Origin: Paraspadella gotoi | Lineage: Eukaryota > Animalia > Chaetognatha | Direction of reading: 5' to 3' | NCBI GenBank assembly: GCA_051294375.1 | Contig: CM119264.1 | Coordinates: 8,926,764 to 8,990,763, forward strand | Length of the DNA: 64,000 bases | Part shown: one piece after another, positions 12,948 to 28,131 of the stretch | How positions within the stretch are numbered: the stretch's first letter is position 1 | How the letters are laid out: each line of letters opens with the position of its first letter | Notes under the pieces: model-generated | What the model was told of the DNA's origin: nothing | Database searches by the model: none | Seen by the model: the letters and a program-made list of their open reading frames with translations, nothing else | Made by a program: the position numbers and the translations under genes

Positions 12948-15900
12948 TCACCGAGGCGGTATGTTCCGTCTCCCAGGTGGTACGGTTCGCGTCATCCTAG
13001 AATCTCTTTTAGATTCAGTCTCCTTTAATCGTGGCTCGCTCGGCGCCGTGGTCCTATCGCCGGATCTCTTTCTGTTCGTCACGACCGACGGCGTCGTCGA
13101 CCGTCTGCTTCCCAAATCCGCCGAAGACGATTTTCTGCTATTCTGCGCCGCACTGTGGTCGTTAACGACGCCGGCGCTTTCGAGAGCGCCTTTGAATACG
13201 ACTCCGGCGTTCAAGGCGCCATCTCCCTCCGACGCTCTTCCCACGCTTAACTCAGTGGCTTGATGGGCGAGACTTTTGGTGAAGCGATAGAAGACGACGA
13301 GAGGTCGCGAGCTGTGGAGAACGTCCTTGCGGTCCACGCCAGAGAGGCAGCGAAGAGCGGAGAGGCTGCAAACCGGATCTGCAATACCATAGGGATGAAG
13401 GGCTTCCTTTTTTCTCTGTGATTACGTATATTTTTTTTATTTGTGTTTAGTTTATTTTCGCCTTGTTACTTGAACCAACAAGGACAATAATTTAAAGTTT
13501 ATCGTTTCAAAGACGAGTAAACGACCGCTCAATCACCAATATCCTGGGCCTTGATTTGCGAGAGTTCCCTCCTGGCCACGAGACCCATTTTCATCTTCAG
13601 CAGTTGTTTAATCTTATCCCACGTCGCCAGCGACTTTGCAGTCTGCCCAAGCAGCAGCAAGAACGAGCGAAGAACTAGTTCGGTACAGTGGGGCGGTTTG
13701 GTGTAGCTGCAGACTTCAGAAATTTCCTAGATTTAAGTTAGTATAATATTGAATAACATAAATATAAAATTAAACCACGCTTTCAATAATTCAAAAAATC
13801 AACCCACATCTCAGTGATACACAATAGAATTTTATCGAAATTATAAAATTAACATTCTGAAGCAATCAGGATTTACTTGATCCACGTTCATGGATATTAT
13901 CTCACATCCTCACCAACCATACCTTGATTGAAATTATCTCCAAGTCGTGGTACACGTTCCGCAGAGTGAGCCACTGACCCAGTAAATTTTCCATGCCGAT
14001 AAAGAATCCCCAGAAAAATTTGGGCGGAAGGAATGGCGCTTCAAATGCGGCGAAGTTGCGGTTACGCGCGCGGAAGAGTTCGCGGTCGAGAGTATCAACG
14101 TCGAAGCGCGAGACGGCTCGCTCACTCTCCGCCTTGCACGTGAGTAGGCGGAGGTACTGAGATAAACGAGGGAAAATATGACGACACAAAAAAAATGTTC
14201 TTTTATTCGAGAAGGGGAAAAAATAGATTTTAACATATAAAGCCTTTACTAAATGCTTGTCAATAAATCAATTAAGTAAAAAACCAAAAAAAAAAACAAC
14301 TCTTGTCACAAATGACTCGTTAAGAGCTTCAAAGAAATATAGGGGTAAGTAGTAAATCGCTAAGGTGATTATTTTACGAATGACTACGCCCTATACATGT
14401 AAATCACTTTCATACTATGATAAAATGGAATAAATTTAAAAGAATACGCGGAAGGAACGAAAAGGCTTTTTTTAATTTAGTAACTTTTTCTTGTTACTGA
14501 CCTTCCGTAGTTTATTTTGCCAAGTAGGACATATATTTTAAAACTTTAGTTTAACAATTAATATAGACAGAAATGATAATAAAATTTTTTTATCTCATTC
14601 CTTGGATTAATATAATTTCCTAATTACTGCAATATGCAAATAAGACTTTTTTCACACACTATAGTTCAACCTCTAAGGCCTGTTTAACTTCGTCATCGTC
14701 GTCGATTCCGTGGAATTTGAGTCGAGCAAGCGCTTTTTCGATCTTCTCCGGGTCGCCCGAGAGCAGAGCCGCCTTGAAGAGGAACTTGGCGCGCTGCTTT
14801 TGGTCGCGGAGTCGTCGAGAAGTCAACTCCAATTCGTCGCTCGCCTTCTGATTCTGAAGGAAAAGCGGATAAAGACGGTAAAGCAAAATAAATTTAATTC
14901 AAAAATGTACACAATACACTATGTACCTTGTACATTGTACAATACTTTATTTTTTTCAAATAAAATTATATATGTACCCATTGATGACCAACCTGAATCC
15001 ATTTCCTGTGGCCCTGCTTATCGGCCTGTTTGCTCCGATGGACGAGATTGTGGATGGCGTGGTCAGCCTCCACCAGTGCCGGGAACTCGTTCTTGGTGAT
15101 GCCGCAGACGTCGCAGATGTCGACGAGCTGATGAAGGAGGCGGAGATCTTCCTCTTTTATGGCGGCGAGGATGTGGCTTCGTAGTTGAAGACGATGATCC
15201 GCGGAATTCTTTGTGGGGGAAGAGGAAGGGTTGTTTTTACTTACTCGAAAACTTATTGCTTTTACCAAGAAACAAATGATTGATAAATATATTTGGATAC
15301 TTCGATAAATAGATTAGACAGAATAGATAGATGGATAAATAGATTAGATAGATAAATATATAGATAAATACTAAATAAATATTAAATAGGTAGATAGATA
15401 AAAAAAATAAATGGATAGATAATTAGATATAATCGAGAGAAAAAAAAAATTACCGCAGAAAGATTGATCTGTCCCAGCGGTTCAGGCTCTGCGGAGTCTC
15501 GACTCCAATAAAAGCAGGAGTAGACGGACTCGGTGTCAGCCTTGTCGTTGTCGTTGGCGTCATCGATATCCTGGACTTCGATGGCGCCGTCTTCTTCGTC
15601 CTCGTCGACGGGATCAAAAGGGACGTTCTCTTTCTGTTCCCTCAATAGCTCGTCGTTCAAGAGTTCCTCCAGGCTCTCGGATCTAGGGAACCGAAGGAGG
15701 TGAAGTCAAAGGAGATCCAGATCGCGAACAAACGAACTCATGTCATGAGTCCTGACAGTTAAGAATGCGCACCGGAAAGTAATGAAGGAAAAATAAAATA
15801 TTACTTATGCCTTATGGCCACTTTTAACTATTCGTCCCGAAGAAAAAAGCCAAAGCCAAAGCCAAAGTCACAAATTTGAATAAATCAACCGGTTAAATGG

Positions 15901-18900
15901 CAACAGGGAGACGTGTGATGCCCGTGGTGTGAGGCATCTCCCGACAGCTGGCGCTCAGGGGTTTGGACCTGGAGTTACGTCCGAAAATTCTTAAAGTCAA
16001 TTATGAACAACATACCATCAGTGAACATTAATTTGTAAACAAAAAAAAATTATGTTATTTAATTTTTGCAGTAAGCTATATTTATATATAGTACTATTCT
16101 TATAAAATCTAAAAAATTCGTCAAATGTTGATAGAAGAAAATATAAATCATTTTTCAAAATTATTTCATTAAGTGGGTTAAAAATTAAAAAAACGATATT
16201 TAACATATAAAATTTTAATTTTCTGCTTAAAATATAGGTGTTTCTAATATTTTACCAACTTAATGAGAGAATATAGAAAGTTGTGGCGGTATATTCACAC
16301 CGCCTCACGTCCACCATCTGTCAGCCAAATCCATTGGCTCAGAGGGGGAACACACCATCCCAGGCGTAGTGTTCCATCCACAGTCCTAACGACTTCCCTC
16401 TTCGTTGGCAAAGCGAGACCGTCCTAGGGTAACCGCGCCAGTGACTGGAGGCGTCACTGAGGGTCGGAAGCCCCCAAAGCCAACAGTGAGATGCCCCATC
16501 CCAATGGGCATCACAGGCAACCCGGCTGTTGCCATAAAGTTATATTTCTTCATATCAACTTTTCGTGACGAATCCAAATCTGAAAAAAAATCTGAAAAAA
16601 AACTATTTAAAAATTTTAACATTTATTGGATTTGTCCTATGTATAAATACGGCCTACTGTGTAAATTGTAAAATTTACATTTATTTTTTTTTATACGCAA
16701 ATGTTCATTAGTAAAATGTTGTTGGTTCCTCACTTTTAAAATTAATGTTAATGTTTATGTCAACACCATCGGCATCACACTTTAACCAGCGTGACCGTGA
16801 AGGTATTGAACCCGGTACTAACGGTTGTTGAACGAGTACTTAGGTGTCCAAGATATCCGGGAGGCAAATTTAGGATACGCCTCACAGTAACATTATTGCA
16901 CCGACTCACCGCTCAGGTGTCCCCTCCACGGCCTCCTCTTCCTCCTCGTCACTCCCCGCCGCTTCCAGCGCCTGGCGCTTCAAAGAATCCCTGTACTTGC
17001 GCAGTTGCTTGGGTTTCATTTTCTGAAGCTGCTGATCGATGGAGGCGAGGGTCTTGCAACGCGCAGCAACGGTACGATTTTTGAAGGCGACGAATCCTTC
17101 TTCGATGAGACAGTTAACGAGGACGAGCGACTCCAAAATGGAGAGCAGGGACGTTACGTCGACGCCGCCCTGGTTTTCCTCTCCGACGCTGCCGAGTGAA
17201 ACGGGAGAGGTTCGACTTAATTTCACAAGGTCACAATTCAAAAGGATCAGAAAGAGACAGAGAGAGAGAGAGAGGGAGAGGATTCTCTTTCTTACACCGT
17301 CGGCGTCGATACGATTCTCTTTAACTCCTCAACGGCGTCTTTCAACGCTTCGGCGTCGTCCGTTTTGACAGCGCGCTTGGCGTCCTGGATGCAGGCTCTC
17401 TGTCTCTCGGACCGTTCGCGGTCGGCCTTGTCCATCTTTGCCCTGACTTCTGGAGAGAGACGTGTTTCGGAGCCGAGAAGCGTCCCGTGGTCGGTCAGTT
17501 GCAGCAGGTCGTCGAGGTCACCACGTCGTTCTCGTCGACGTCCCGATGGTCGTCCTGGTCGTCGCCGAGACGGTTGCCCGTCCGCTCGACCTTCTCGCTC
17601 CAACGTCTCGTCCGTTTCCTTCAAGAAGGCGTCGATTAACGCCGCCTCCGCCTCTTCGATCGGCCCGTCCTCCGAGCAGAGTCCGATCACCTGCCAGAGC
17701 AAGGAGCAAAACGAGCAAAAGTTTTTGTTTTACAGATGAGCTGATGGCTTTACTCAATGAGCCACCGGGTCAGGACTGAAGGTGTCATGCTTATAGGCGG
17801 GGTGAACCTAGACAATGCCCGACTACAATAATCATAAATACAACTCAACCCGATTAATTTTTTTTGCAAAAAAGAGCTAAAACCCTTTTCCCCCATAATC
17901 TCCTCGCCTTAAACTGCTCGGCAGCCGACTCCAACGATTTCGGGTCGCCGAGCTCTAGCGCCATCGTGAGGCGTCCCTTGGCGATCTCATCTCGTTGGCG
18001 GAGAGAGAAGAAGAGAGAGTTGGAAGCGGTGCCGTCGTCGTCGAAGGCGGCGCGGTGCGACTCCAGACTACAGTGGTCGTTGGGGGAGATAATCGTCGTC
18101 GTCGTCGTCGTCGACGACTTTCCGCCTTCGCTTCCCCTCCGGATTATTTCTCGCTCCCTGGCAGCGATCTCCCGTCTCGATTCTTGCTGGAGGAAGAAGC
18201 CCACCTTTTTGGCATCGACCAACGCCGCCGTCAACCGCTCGTCGTCTTCAGCCGTCGACAGTCGCGTCAAGACCCGGCGATCGCGTTCCCTCGCCGACTT
18301 GACGACGCGTTGGAGGCGTCGGCGATCTTCTTCGCTTATTGATTCGTCGCCGGTCGCGCGGACAAGCGAGGCTAGGGTCACGTGATCCAGGAGACGACGA
18401 GCGCCTCTTCCACCATCTCCGCCGATCCCACCGCCCCCACCGCCGCCGCCTTTACCTCCCTTACCAAAGACAACGGAAACGCGCTTCAGTTCTGACACCA
18501 TCCCTGAGTCAACGGAGAGTTCCGACTCGGCCCGCTCAAGCATTCGGAACAATCCCCAATTCATTGGTGGGGACGACGTCGTCGACTTCTTTTCATTTAA
18601 CTCGGCGTCACTTTCTCGGCGCTCTTCCCCAAGAGCGTCAAACAATTCGTCACGGAACCGGCGTCGCCGATCAACGGCGTCGGTCAGTAGCGTCGAATAT
18701 GTTGGCGCAGCGTCCACCAGGGCCGCAAAACGTTCGAACTTCTCCACGTGCCCCGCGGCCTCGATGGAGCTTCGGCGGACCCGGGCCTCAAAAATACGGA
18801 GAAGGGCGTCGAGGGCCTGTCCCGCCAAGGCGGCGTCTTCGGAGTCGGTCTTGGGCTCCACCAGTTTGAAGCTCGTGAGGATCCCTTCGAGGTTTTCGAA

Positions 18901-21900
18901 TTCCAACGCCGTCTTGAGCCCCTCGCGAGTTGATTCGCGCATCTCAGTGGATCGGTCGCGGGCTTCGTCGACAGTGCGGAGAACGTCCTTTAGAAGCGGA
19001 GGAGGGAGGGAAAAAGAGAGAGTCTTAATGTTGGTGTGAATGAGAGAAAGAGTGAAAGACTGAAAGAAATATAGGGTGATCAAGAGTATTTATATATTTC
19101 TGCTTATAAAAGCATAAACGACCCTCTTGGAAAATGAATAAGTTGCAATTCTTTTTCTAGTTTCAGTAACTTTTGTAGCTTTTAATTTAAAGTTTAAAAA
19201 AACATATAAGCGTATCAAAAAATAAGCTTTTTCTGATTAAATTGAACCTATTTTGAGCGAAATATTATTAAAAATACCAGAGATAGGAATTTAAAAAAGC
19301 GGTAAATAATAACATTCTGCTACAATTTTTTTTAATATTATGATTTAATTTTGTTTTGTGTAAATAATTTTTTTTTATTAATATGATATAGCTTAATACT
19401 AAAATCAAATGGTGCATAAATCAAAACCCCCAGAGGTTTTTTTTGGTATAAATATAATAATATATCAAAAATATATATTGGTGGTACCAATTTCATATTA
19501 TCATAATATGATAAATGAATGTTTTTAAAAAAATTTTAATAAAAAATAAAAAAGGCACATTTTTCTTAACATGCTTTTTTTCATTTGAACCTCATAACTG
19601 TGTTTTTAATCGTTTTGTAGAAGTATTTTAGCCCATTCGAATTATAAAAAACTAAATTTTTTAGATATATCATTTTCTCTTAGCTATTTTAATATTGAAG
19701 GAGGTCAGGAGTTTGTCACAAGATTAGGCGACTTATTCATTTTCCAAGACGGTAATTCAGGGTGAGTTCTTATACTGAAGAAAAATTTACCTGCAATTCT
19801 TGAACGTTGCTTTTCAGCAGCTTTTGGTGCACCAACTTGAGAACTAACGGGTCGAGATGGCTCAGGTCCCAGGAGCCAGGTCGGCTCCCGCGGTCGAAAG
19901 TTCTTGTCTCCCGGTCAATCGCCTCGAGCAGCGCCTGGACGCCGCGCTGAATCCGCACGTCAGCTCCGTGAAGTCGCGCTGCGAGGCATTTATGGATGGC
20001 CAGTTGGAGGGCGTCCACGTCTTTGTCAAGGGTCGCCACCTAAGAAAGGCTCGAGTCGTTGAGTTTGAAGTCTTATCTATTAATTTCCTTTTCATTAATT
20101 TCAATTTCAGCTTGCTAGTGCATCATTCCTTCGGCTGCCTATCTCGGACCCCACCTCCAATGCGTGAAAGGCCTTTCGTTTTTTCTCCAACAGTCCGTCG
20201 ATCTTCTCGTCGATAAGGTGTTTTGTCTCCTCTTTGTCCGCCCTCAGTTGCGCCCTCTTTAGAGACCTCACAGACAGGAGATCCAGGTGAGGCTCCAGCT
20301 TGGACGCATCCTCTAGTTTGTCTGAAGATCTAAAAAGATGACAGTTTGTTAGAAAACTGGAATTCAATCAAATTTTCGATATGACAATAATGCAGCCCAG
20401 CGGCATACAAAAAACGACCAAAAAATGCTCATAAAAAATTAAATGTAAAGCATCAAACTTTTTGTCTCTTGATCTTTACTTTTTTCTAAATTTTCAGCTT
20501 TGCTTTTATAGTTTACATTATACATTTATACGAATTTTTTGCAACCTTTCCTGTAATTATTGCTTTCTTTTCCCTTTCAAAAAAAACTGTCGTCATGATG
20601 AAAATCATAATCATCATCATCAACATCATTATTATCATCCTCGTCGTCATCATCATCATTATCACTATCATCATCATCATTATCATCATCAATTCATCAT
20701 CACCATTTTTCTAACTTAGAGTAAAGCTCCTCGGCGTAGTTGAAGTCAACGAGGTCATCGGCGGCGAATCCCTCGCGTCTCACGACCCGAAAGGCGTCGT
20801 GGAAGACCTCAACGCCGCCGTTGACGATCGCCGCCTCCAACTTGGCGTCGATCTCCGCGCGGACGAGCGCTTTGCGACTTAACTCGGCCGTCAAGACTTT
20901 AGTCAGATCGGGATCCGTGTATCTGGAGGAAAGACGGATCAAATATAACAATTTTAGTTAACAAAGTGGCCCGCTCACCACAAAAATAGGAATTAGATAG
21001 ACATTACACAAATTAACAATCAATGAAATCAATTTATGAGGCTTTTTGACCACAATTAATTCATAGAAGAGAAGGTAACTTCTGGAATATGTAATCTGGC
21101 GATTCTATGATCATATTTTATATTTATCGACCTGGAAAACCTCTATCAACCATCAACCATCAAAGCAGAAATCCGAATCCCGAGACCTGACGCTCAACTC
21201 CTTGGCGTAATCGACCGCCGTGAAGGGCATCGAGGTAAAGATCTTCCTCAGCCTCTCCTCCCGATCGATGGGCGTCTTGTTGCGCCCCCGCACGCGAAGA
21301 TGCTTCTCCGCCGCCGCCTTCACCAACGCCTTCTCCGCAGTCCGCAGTGTTGAGCAAATGGAACCGATCTTGCGGCAAGTTGAGATCGCTTCCTTGTAGG
21401 GGATGGAATGTCAGAGAAATTCATTTTGTGAACAAAAAATGTGTGTGTGTCTGAATGTGTGTGCGTGTATAAGAGAGGAACTTTTGATTCAGCCAAAAAT
21501 TAGATTGAGCTTATCAATCTCATTTGCATGTTGTCGTGTTGAATTTGACTTGTCATAAATTCTATTCCTGAATCGTTTAATGGTCTCATATCACGAATTC
21601 ACTCTTTTCATTCTCTCTAGTCTTAGTCCTTACTCAGTGGATTAGGAATTATGTCAGATATATTATATGTATATTGGTTAATAAATACTTTTTTCTCCGT
21701 TTCTATGTTTATGACTTTACTTCTCTTAGGAGCTGACTTTTGTTTTTACAGGTTTTTATGAAGTAGTTTCCAATGTTTTAGTAATGTTATAAATTTTATG
21801 TTAGTGTCTATTGTTATATTTCTTGTTATCAGTGTAGTTTTACTTGTTTACCCTGTTCGACTCCTTTTACGCTGTTGTTTTCGATTATGTTAATATCGTT

Positions 21901-24900
21901 TTTGTAAATAATAAAAATAAGTTAGCATCTCTTCTTAGCAAGTAAGTTATTTGATATATTAAACAGGGACGTTAGTTGCTAAGTATTATGGTAACAACCC
22001 GCTGTTGGCTATAGGGGCTGTGACGCCACCTGTCACTGGCGTTTCCCCTCTGAGCCAATGAGTTTGGCTTAAAGATGCAGGAGGTGAGGTGGTGGGAATA
22101 TACCGCCACAGTATAATGTTATCGAGAGGGATAGAGAAAGAGAGAGAGAGAGGGGGGGGGAAGAAAACAATATTATGCTTAACGACCAAAACGTTAGAAT
22201 TTATCCATTTTGACAATGTGTTTTTTATTGAGACTTTCACATAATCATCACTCACTTTTTTATGAAACATCTTTCCACCTTCAGAAAAGCGACGTTCCTC
22301 ATTTCCACGGCCGCTTCGAGGTCCTCGATGGCGTCGGCCTCGGCATGCCGCTTCCGCCGCATCAGATCGTCGACGCGGCGAAGCTGCTCGGCGTTGAAGG
22401 GTGGCGGGTGGCTTTCGAGGTAGCGCTCTGCGACGCGAACAGAGGCGATCTCGAGGGCTTCGATGAAGGAGTCGAAACCGGCCTGAAGGCCCCGACTTAA
22501 GAGAGCCACCTCCGCGATTCGGACGGTCGGGTTCTTAGCGTTAAGGCCTTGAAAAGAAAAGAGCGAAGATCATTTCGAACCGCAACATTACTCTTTTAAT
22601 CTCATCCATAATTTTTAAAATTCTCTTTTTCCTTGTTTTTATTAGTTGAACTTTCTAATTCCATGTATTTCATTTCTTTTTATTTTCGAGATATATCTTT
22701 TATACATACAATTCTACTTGGAAGTCTTATCCATATTGGTAAAAAAATCATATATAACTTTGGTCCCCCCTCAAAAAATTATCCATTCTCACCTCTTTCT
22801 GTTCAGCCTCTTAGATATTATGATTTTTCATTAATGACTTTCTAACTGAAATGATGTGTGATATCTATTAGAAAACTAGGACAGATTGTAATCTAACCTT
22901 GTGTTGTATAGATGCTCCCTCTATTTCCAGAAGACAACACTGACTGGCCCTTCCCGAATTAAATTATTAAATAAATAAAATATTTTTTAAGAAAAATATA
23001 TATTTGATTAAATGATATAGATTAAATACTAAATCCTTCATAAAATATAAAAATAGAAAATAGTGAAACAAGTAATTTGCAAATTTTCATATATAATTAA
23101 TATATAGATGAAATTGGTACAATCAATATAAAAATTTTTTTTAAAAATATTATATATATATATATATATATCTTATATCTTATTAGTCCTTCTCTCTCCT
23201 TACCCAAATGCCTGGCATTTTCGATCTCCTTCCCAACGTCTTCGTCCGCGGTCGCAGGGAGGTTGTCGCCCAGCGCCTCTAGAACGAAATCGCGCTTTCG
23301 GCGCAGCCTCTCCGCGATTCTGGAGAGAGGCTCCATCACGTTCTCAAGCGGACCCTCGATGTGAAGCTCACGCTCTACTTCTTTGCTCTTGGCGCGATCC
23401 TCGACCCACTGGAGGGTGTCCACGCTGATCGTCCACAGAGTCGAGATCAGCTGCCAGTTAGTCGATTCCGTCGGCCTTAGGAGTCGTAGTGGCAGAGTAA
23501 TAAGCCCAATTTGGTGAACAAATAAAACTATCCAACTTACAGGTGAAGACTGAACTGATGCATGATAACCCAAAAAGCCATATGTGGCTCATATATATAA
23601 CCTTTCCGCAACCGCGAGCGTTTTATCACGATTTTTCTCGCCCCTCCCCCCTCAAAACCTGGTTGTCGTGTCCGCCGTCATAATATCGACCAGTTTGGAA
23701 GCGAATGACTCCAACTCTTTGGCAGTGAGTTTCGATTGGAATTTGGCGAGGGCATCGACCGCTACCTCGAGGATCCCCGAGTCAAAGGCTTCGGAAACCC
23801 GCGTCCGAGCCTCTCGTCGATCCTTTTCTTCCGCCTCGAGGATGCGGCGGAGAACCTGGAGAAGGGGCGTTCGTCAATTTGTTGTCATCCATACATTCAT
23901 CCTCCTTCACTCTCACCTCCCCGTCGATCCCCGCGTCCATCAATCGCCTAGTCGACTCCTCCTCGCCAATGGGATGCTCCGCCTTGGCCGCGACCAACTG
24001 GGCTATCTCCTGCAGCAATTTCGTGATGTGGCACGACTCTTTGCGCAGCGTCTCTTGACGGGTCATCTTCGACGTCTTCGTCAAATCGTCGACGGCGTCG
24101 ACGGTGTCCACGCTGGCGTCCTCTCTGCATAGATAAAGGGGAAAGATGATATCAAGGAGAGAGAGACGTATATATTATATATACATATATTATATATATA
24201 AATCCACGCCCAATCCCATCACCCCATTCCTCTCACATCTCCCACTTCTCCACGTCCCCATTGAAGTTATCATTGTCTTCTTCATCGTCGTCGTCGCCTC
24301 CATCGTCGCCTTCAGCATAATCGTCGAAGCCCAACTCCTTCAATCGCCTCGTCGTCTCGTCGGCGACGAGCAGCCGCGTCAGCACCTCCAACTCATCCTC
24401 CGGCATATCCACGCCGAGGATCCTGGCCTCCATGAGCGCCGATTTGACGCCTACCGCGTCACCTGCGTCCATGGCCTTCCGCAGCCAGCGCCGCAACCTT
24501 TCAGCGTCTTCGTCGCGCCGGTTTAGCGCCGTACGGAGGGCGTCGCGCCCCCGGTGGAGACGATAGGAGTCCGACGTGCCCGTCCCTCTGTTGTCCGGGG
24601 GCACAATGAACGTAGATTGAATGAATACAAGATTTTGGGCTGTTATTCTTATTTTTGTTATTAGAGTACTTAATAACCTTTTAGTTTAATATTTTATTTC
24701 CTTTTAATTAAGAGTGGAATTGATCGCAGTTACACGGATGGTTGGAGGTATAACAGTCTGATTATGGCGATTAAGATCACGGTAAGGGCTTCTTTTCGGT
24801 AGAGGTTGTGGCGGTGTGAATATACCGCCACACACTTTCCGCCTCAAATCACCCCATAACACTCTTCCCAGTTGTCATGGCGACCTGGAGATCGTGTCCG

Positions 24901-25189
24901 TCCCCGATTCGGTCGACGACGCCGTCCGCACTTCTCCGTCGGTCATCGTCCACTTTGAGAACTTGACGCCCACGTGGAAATCCGCGTCGGTCGCGGCGTC
25001 GGTCGCGGCGTCGGCCATTTTGGCGGCGACGACGGCTGATCCGTCGGAAGACGAGAAATCGGCGTTGACGGTTTCATTGGAACGGATCGCCGGAGTGTGT
25101 TCTTGAGAAAGTCCGTGATCGGAGTGAGTTGGGAGAAAAAAGGCTGACGGAAAGATCGAGAAAATTTTAAAAAGGGCTCGAAATTCGAA

Positions 25190-25239
<50 letters not shown>

Positions 25240-25285
25240 GTCTCGTCTCTCTCTGTCTCTCGTCTCTCTGTCTCTCGTGTCTCTC

Positions 25286-25376
<91 letters not shown>

Positions 25377-27467
25377 TTCCGCATCGGCGTTGCCCTTCAC
25401 CCTCTCTTCCTTTTCTTCCTTCGATATTTTCTCTTCTTCCTCATAATTCCTCTCATCTTCCCCCCACTCGTCCCACTCCTCCCACTCCTCCCTCTCCGCC
25501 CCCCGTCTCTTCTTCTGATTCATCAGATTCAAGACCTCCGGCATGAGGAAGTCGTCTCCCTCCATTGCCGCCTCCTCTTCTCCTCCCGCTCCTCCCCAGT
25601 CTCGGCCGTTTCTCCTCGTCGCCGTCGTCCCCATCTCGAGGAGAGACCGGAGGAACGATTCGGAGGCGGGGAAGGCCATGGTGGTGCGGAGGAGCTCGGC
25701 CGCGGTCGGTCGGTCGGGATGTTCTTCGGAGAGAAATCTCTTGAGCCACTGGAGTTCGACCAATTTCATCTCGTTCAATTCCACCTTCGGGAGGGAGTGG
25801 GAGGGAGGTGGAGGGAGAGAGGGAGTGGGGGGAGTAAGGCCGAGAAGACAAGCGATTAGAAGAGAATCTCGCGAACGGCGTCTATGTAGTCAACCTAATA
25901 AGTTAATTATAAACTTAAGAATTCGTATGCTAATGTCCTACATCGTAACCGAAAGCGCTGCAATAACATTAATCAAGAAAATGTTATGGTTTTAAAAGGT
26001 TCGCTTATGAAAATTATTTTATATATAATTGCCTTGCCCGATGACCACGCACCGAATCTGTTCCTCCCCTCCCCTCTCAGCATCTGCCACAAACATCCGC
26101 TCTCGGCACCTGCCACACTCCAGCGTGCATCTCCTTGATGGCGGATTTGAGGTGAGACATGCTTCCGGTCCGCAGCAGCCGATTGTACTCGACCTTGCTT
26201 CGCTTGTCCCTCTCCTCGTATTGGCGCGAGAGGCGTCGACAGGCGTCTCGCGTTGGCGGCGCCGTGGAAGGATGATGCCGAATTTCTTCCAGCGCCGCGC
26301 GGGAGAGGCGCGGCAGCACCGACGGCAGAGTCTTTGAGGCGACGGAGCCGGCGTCGTCGAGGACGGCTTCGAGGAAGCGCCGCTCCGCCTCCGAGGCGAA
26401 TGAACCTGTTGTTGTTGGTATGGTTGGCGATGATTGTTTCGTTTGATTGGTAGCTGTTGTAATTATCATTTGCCATGATTGTTTAGTCAGAAATAAAGGG
26501 AGAGAGAAAGGAAAGAAAGGAAAAGAGAGTGATTGGCGAAGCGACAAAAGAATCGTGAATGGAATAGGTAAAGAAAGAGTGCAAAAAAAAAAAGAACAAG
26601 AAAACGAGAGAAAGAGAGAGAAAATAAGTTGAAACTTCATGTACCTCATATACTAGTAAAATCAATATTTTTCTCCTCATAAATAGCACACTAACATACA
26701 TACATACAAACAAACAACCCCTAACCATTTTCCTTGACGATCTGCAATCCTTCGACGATGCCGTCCCAGTCTTTTCTCTTGACGGCGTCATCGAACCGCT
26801 CCAGACTTTCCTCGTCCAGGACATGCCTGCCACAAGAGGGATTTTCGTTTTTACATAAACTTGGCATCGATCGGCACCAATTTTGCAACGACAAAAAAAA
26901 TGAAATGTTCATCTACAAATATTTTTTCTGTACATTTTCAGCCATCGCTTGAGCACCTGTAACCCTGCAACTTGTTGAAATCGTCGACGAGCTCCTCCGG
27001 GATCACGTCCGAGTTTTGGTTGACGAGATGATCGATCAGATCCGAACTGATCACGTCTAGAATCTCCGTCACTTGGAAACGAATCGTGAAGTTATAAGTG
27101 AATTTTTATATTTTTTTTCTTTGTGGTTTTGTAATTTTTAGTTCAAATGTTTATTATTTTGTTTTATGTAAATTTAATTGTATTTTGACTTTCTTTTTTG
27201 CTATTTAGAATAGTTAGAGATGAAACGAAAAATTCGTTGTAATAGCAATTTTTATTTTATTAATGTACATGTTTCGACTCTTAGTTTTTGCGAGTCTTCA
27301 TCAGCAAGTGAATTCAATAGACCAAAATTTTTAACATTAGTTTGAGAGAGAGAGAGAAAGAGAGAGAGAGAAGTTTCCAACAAAGAATTGAGCAAGGATA
27401 GTGGTCAGATGTGAGGACAGGTGAAAGTAGGAAAGAGAGAGTAAATGATTTTTGAAATGGTGAAAAG

Positions 27468-27498
<31 letters not shown>

Positions 27499-27969
27499 CA
27501 CACAGGGATCAATACATTAGGCAATGTACAACAGTGAAAATTTTTTTAGAAAAACTAAATATTTAACAAAAGTAATAATAAATTAAGAGAGGAGGGCCTT
27601 CGGCAGGCCTATCAGGTCAGAGAGATATTCGAGTGGCACTAGGCATTTTTCCAGCCGGATCATTACCAGATCCAGCCCTGTCCCATTCCACCACAATATC
27701 ATCTCAGCCTATGACAGGCCAATGACCCGACTACATCGTTAACGTCCCACATTTGCCCGGCTGGGGGGGGCAGCTCATTTTTGAGCTCTTTTTCTTACCT
27801 TACTATTTCACTTATCTTTAACTTATCTATCCCTCATCACTTATTCTTCTATTTCATTTTCTCTTACTAACAATCATCAGCTAACAATTAATTTATTATT
27901 ACTTTTGTTAAATATTTAGTTTTTCTAAAAAATTTTCACTGTTGTACATTGCCTAATGTATTGATCCCT

Positions 27970-28004
<35 letters not shown>

Positions 28005-28100
28005 CTTTTCACCAATTTCAAAAATCATTTACTCTCTCTTTCCCTACTTTCACCTGTCCTCACATCTGACCACTATCCTTGCTCAATTCTTTGTTGGAAA

Positions 28101-28131
<31 letters not shown>

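Noticed and set aside
20462-20719. Poly-His ORF
   Set aside because: An intronic (CAT)n microsatellite on the non-coding strand.
23577-23588. GCCATA|TGTGGC, resembling a circle junction of the structured element's two ends
   Set aside because: Only 12 bp with no flanking homology; compatible with chance.
26725-27071. Possible death/CARD domain exons
   Set aside because: Better explained as more of the same helical repeat; no diagnostic death-fold residues recognised.
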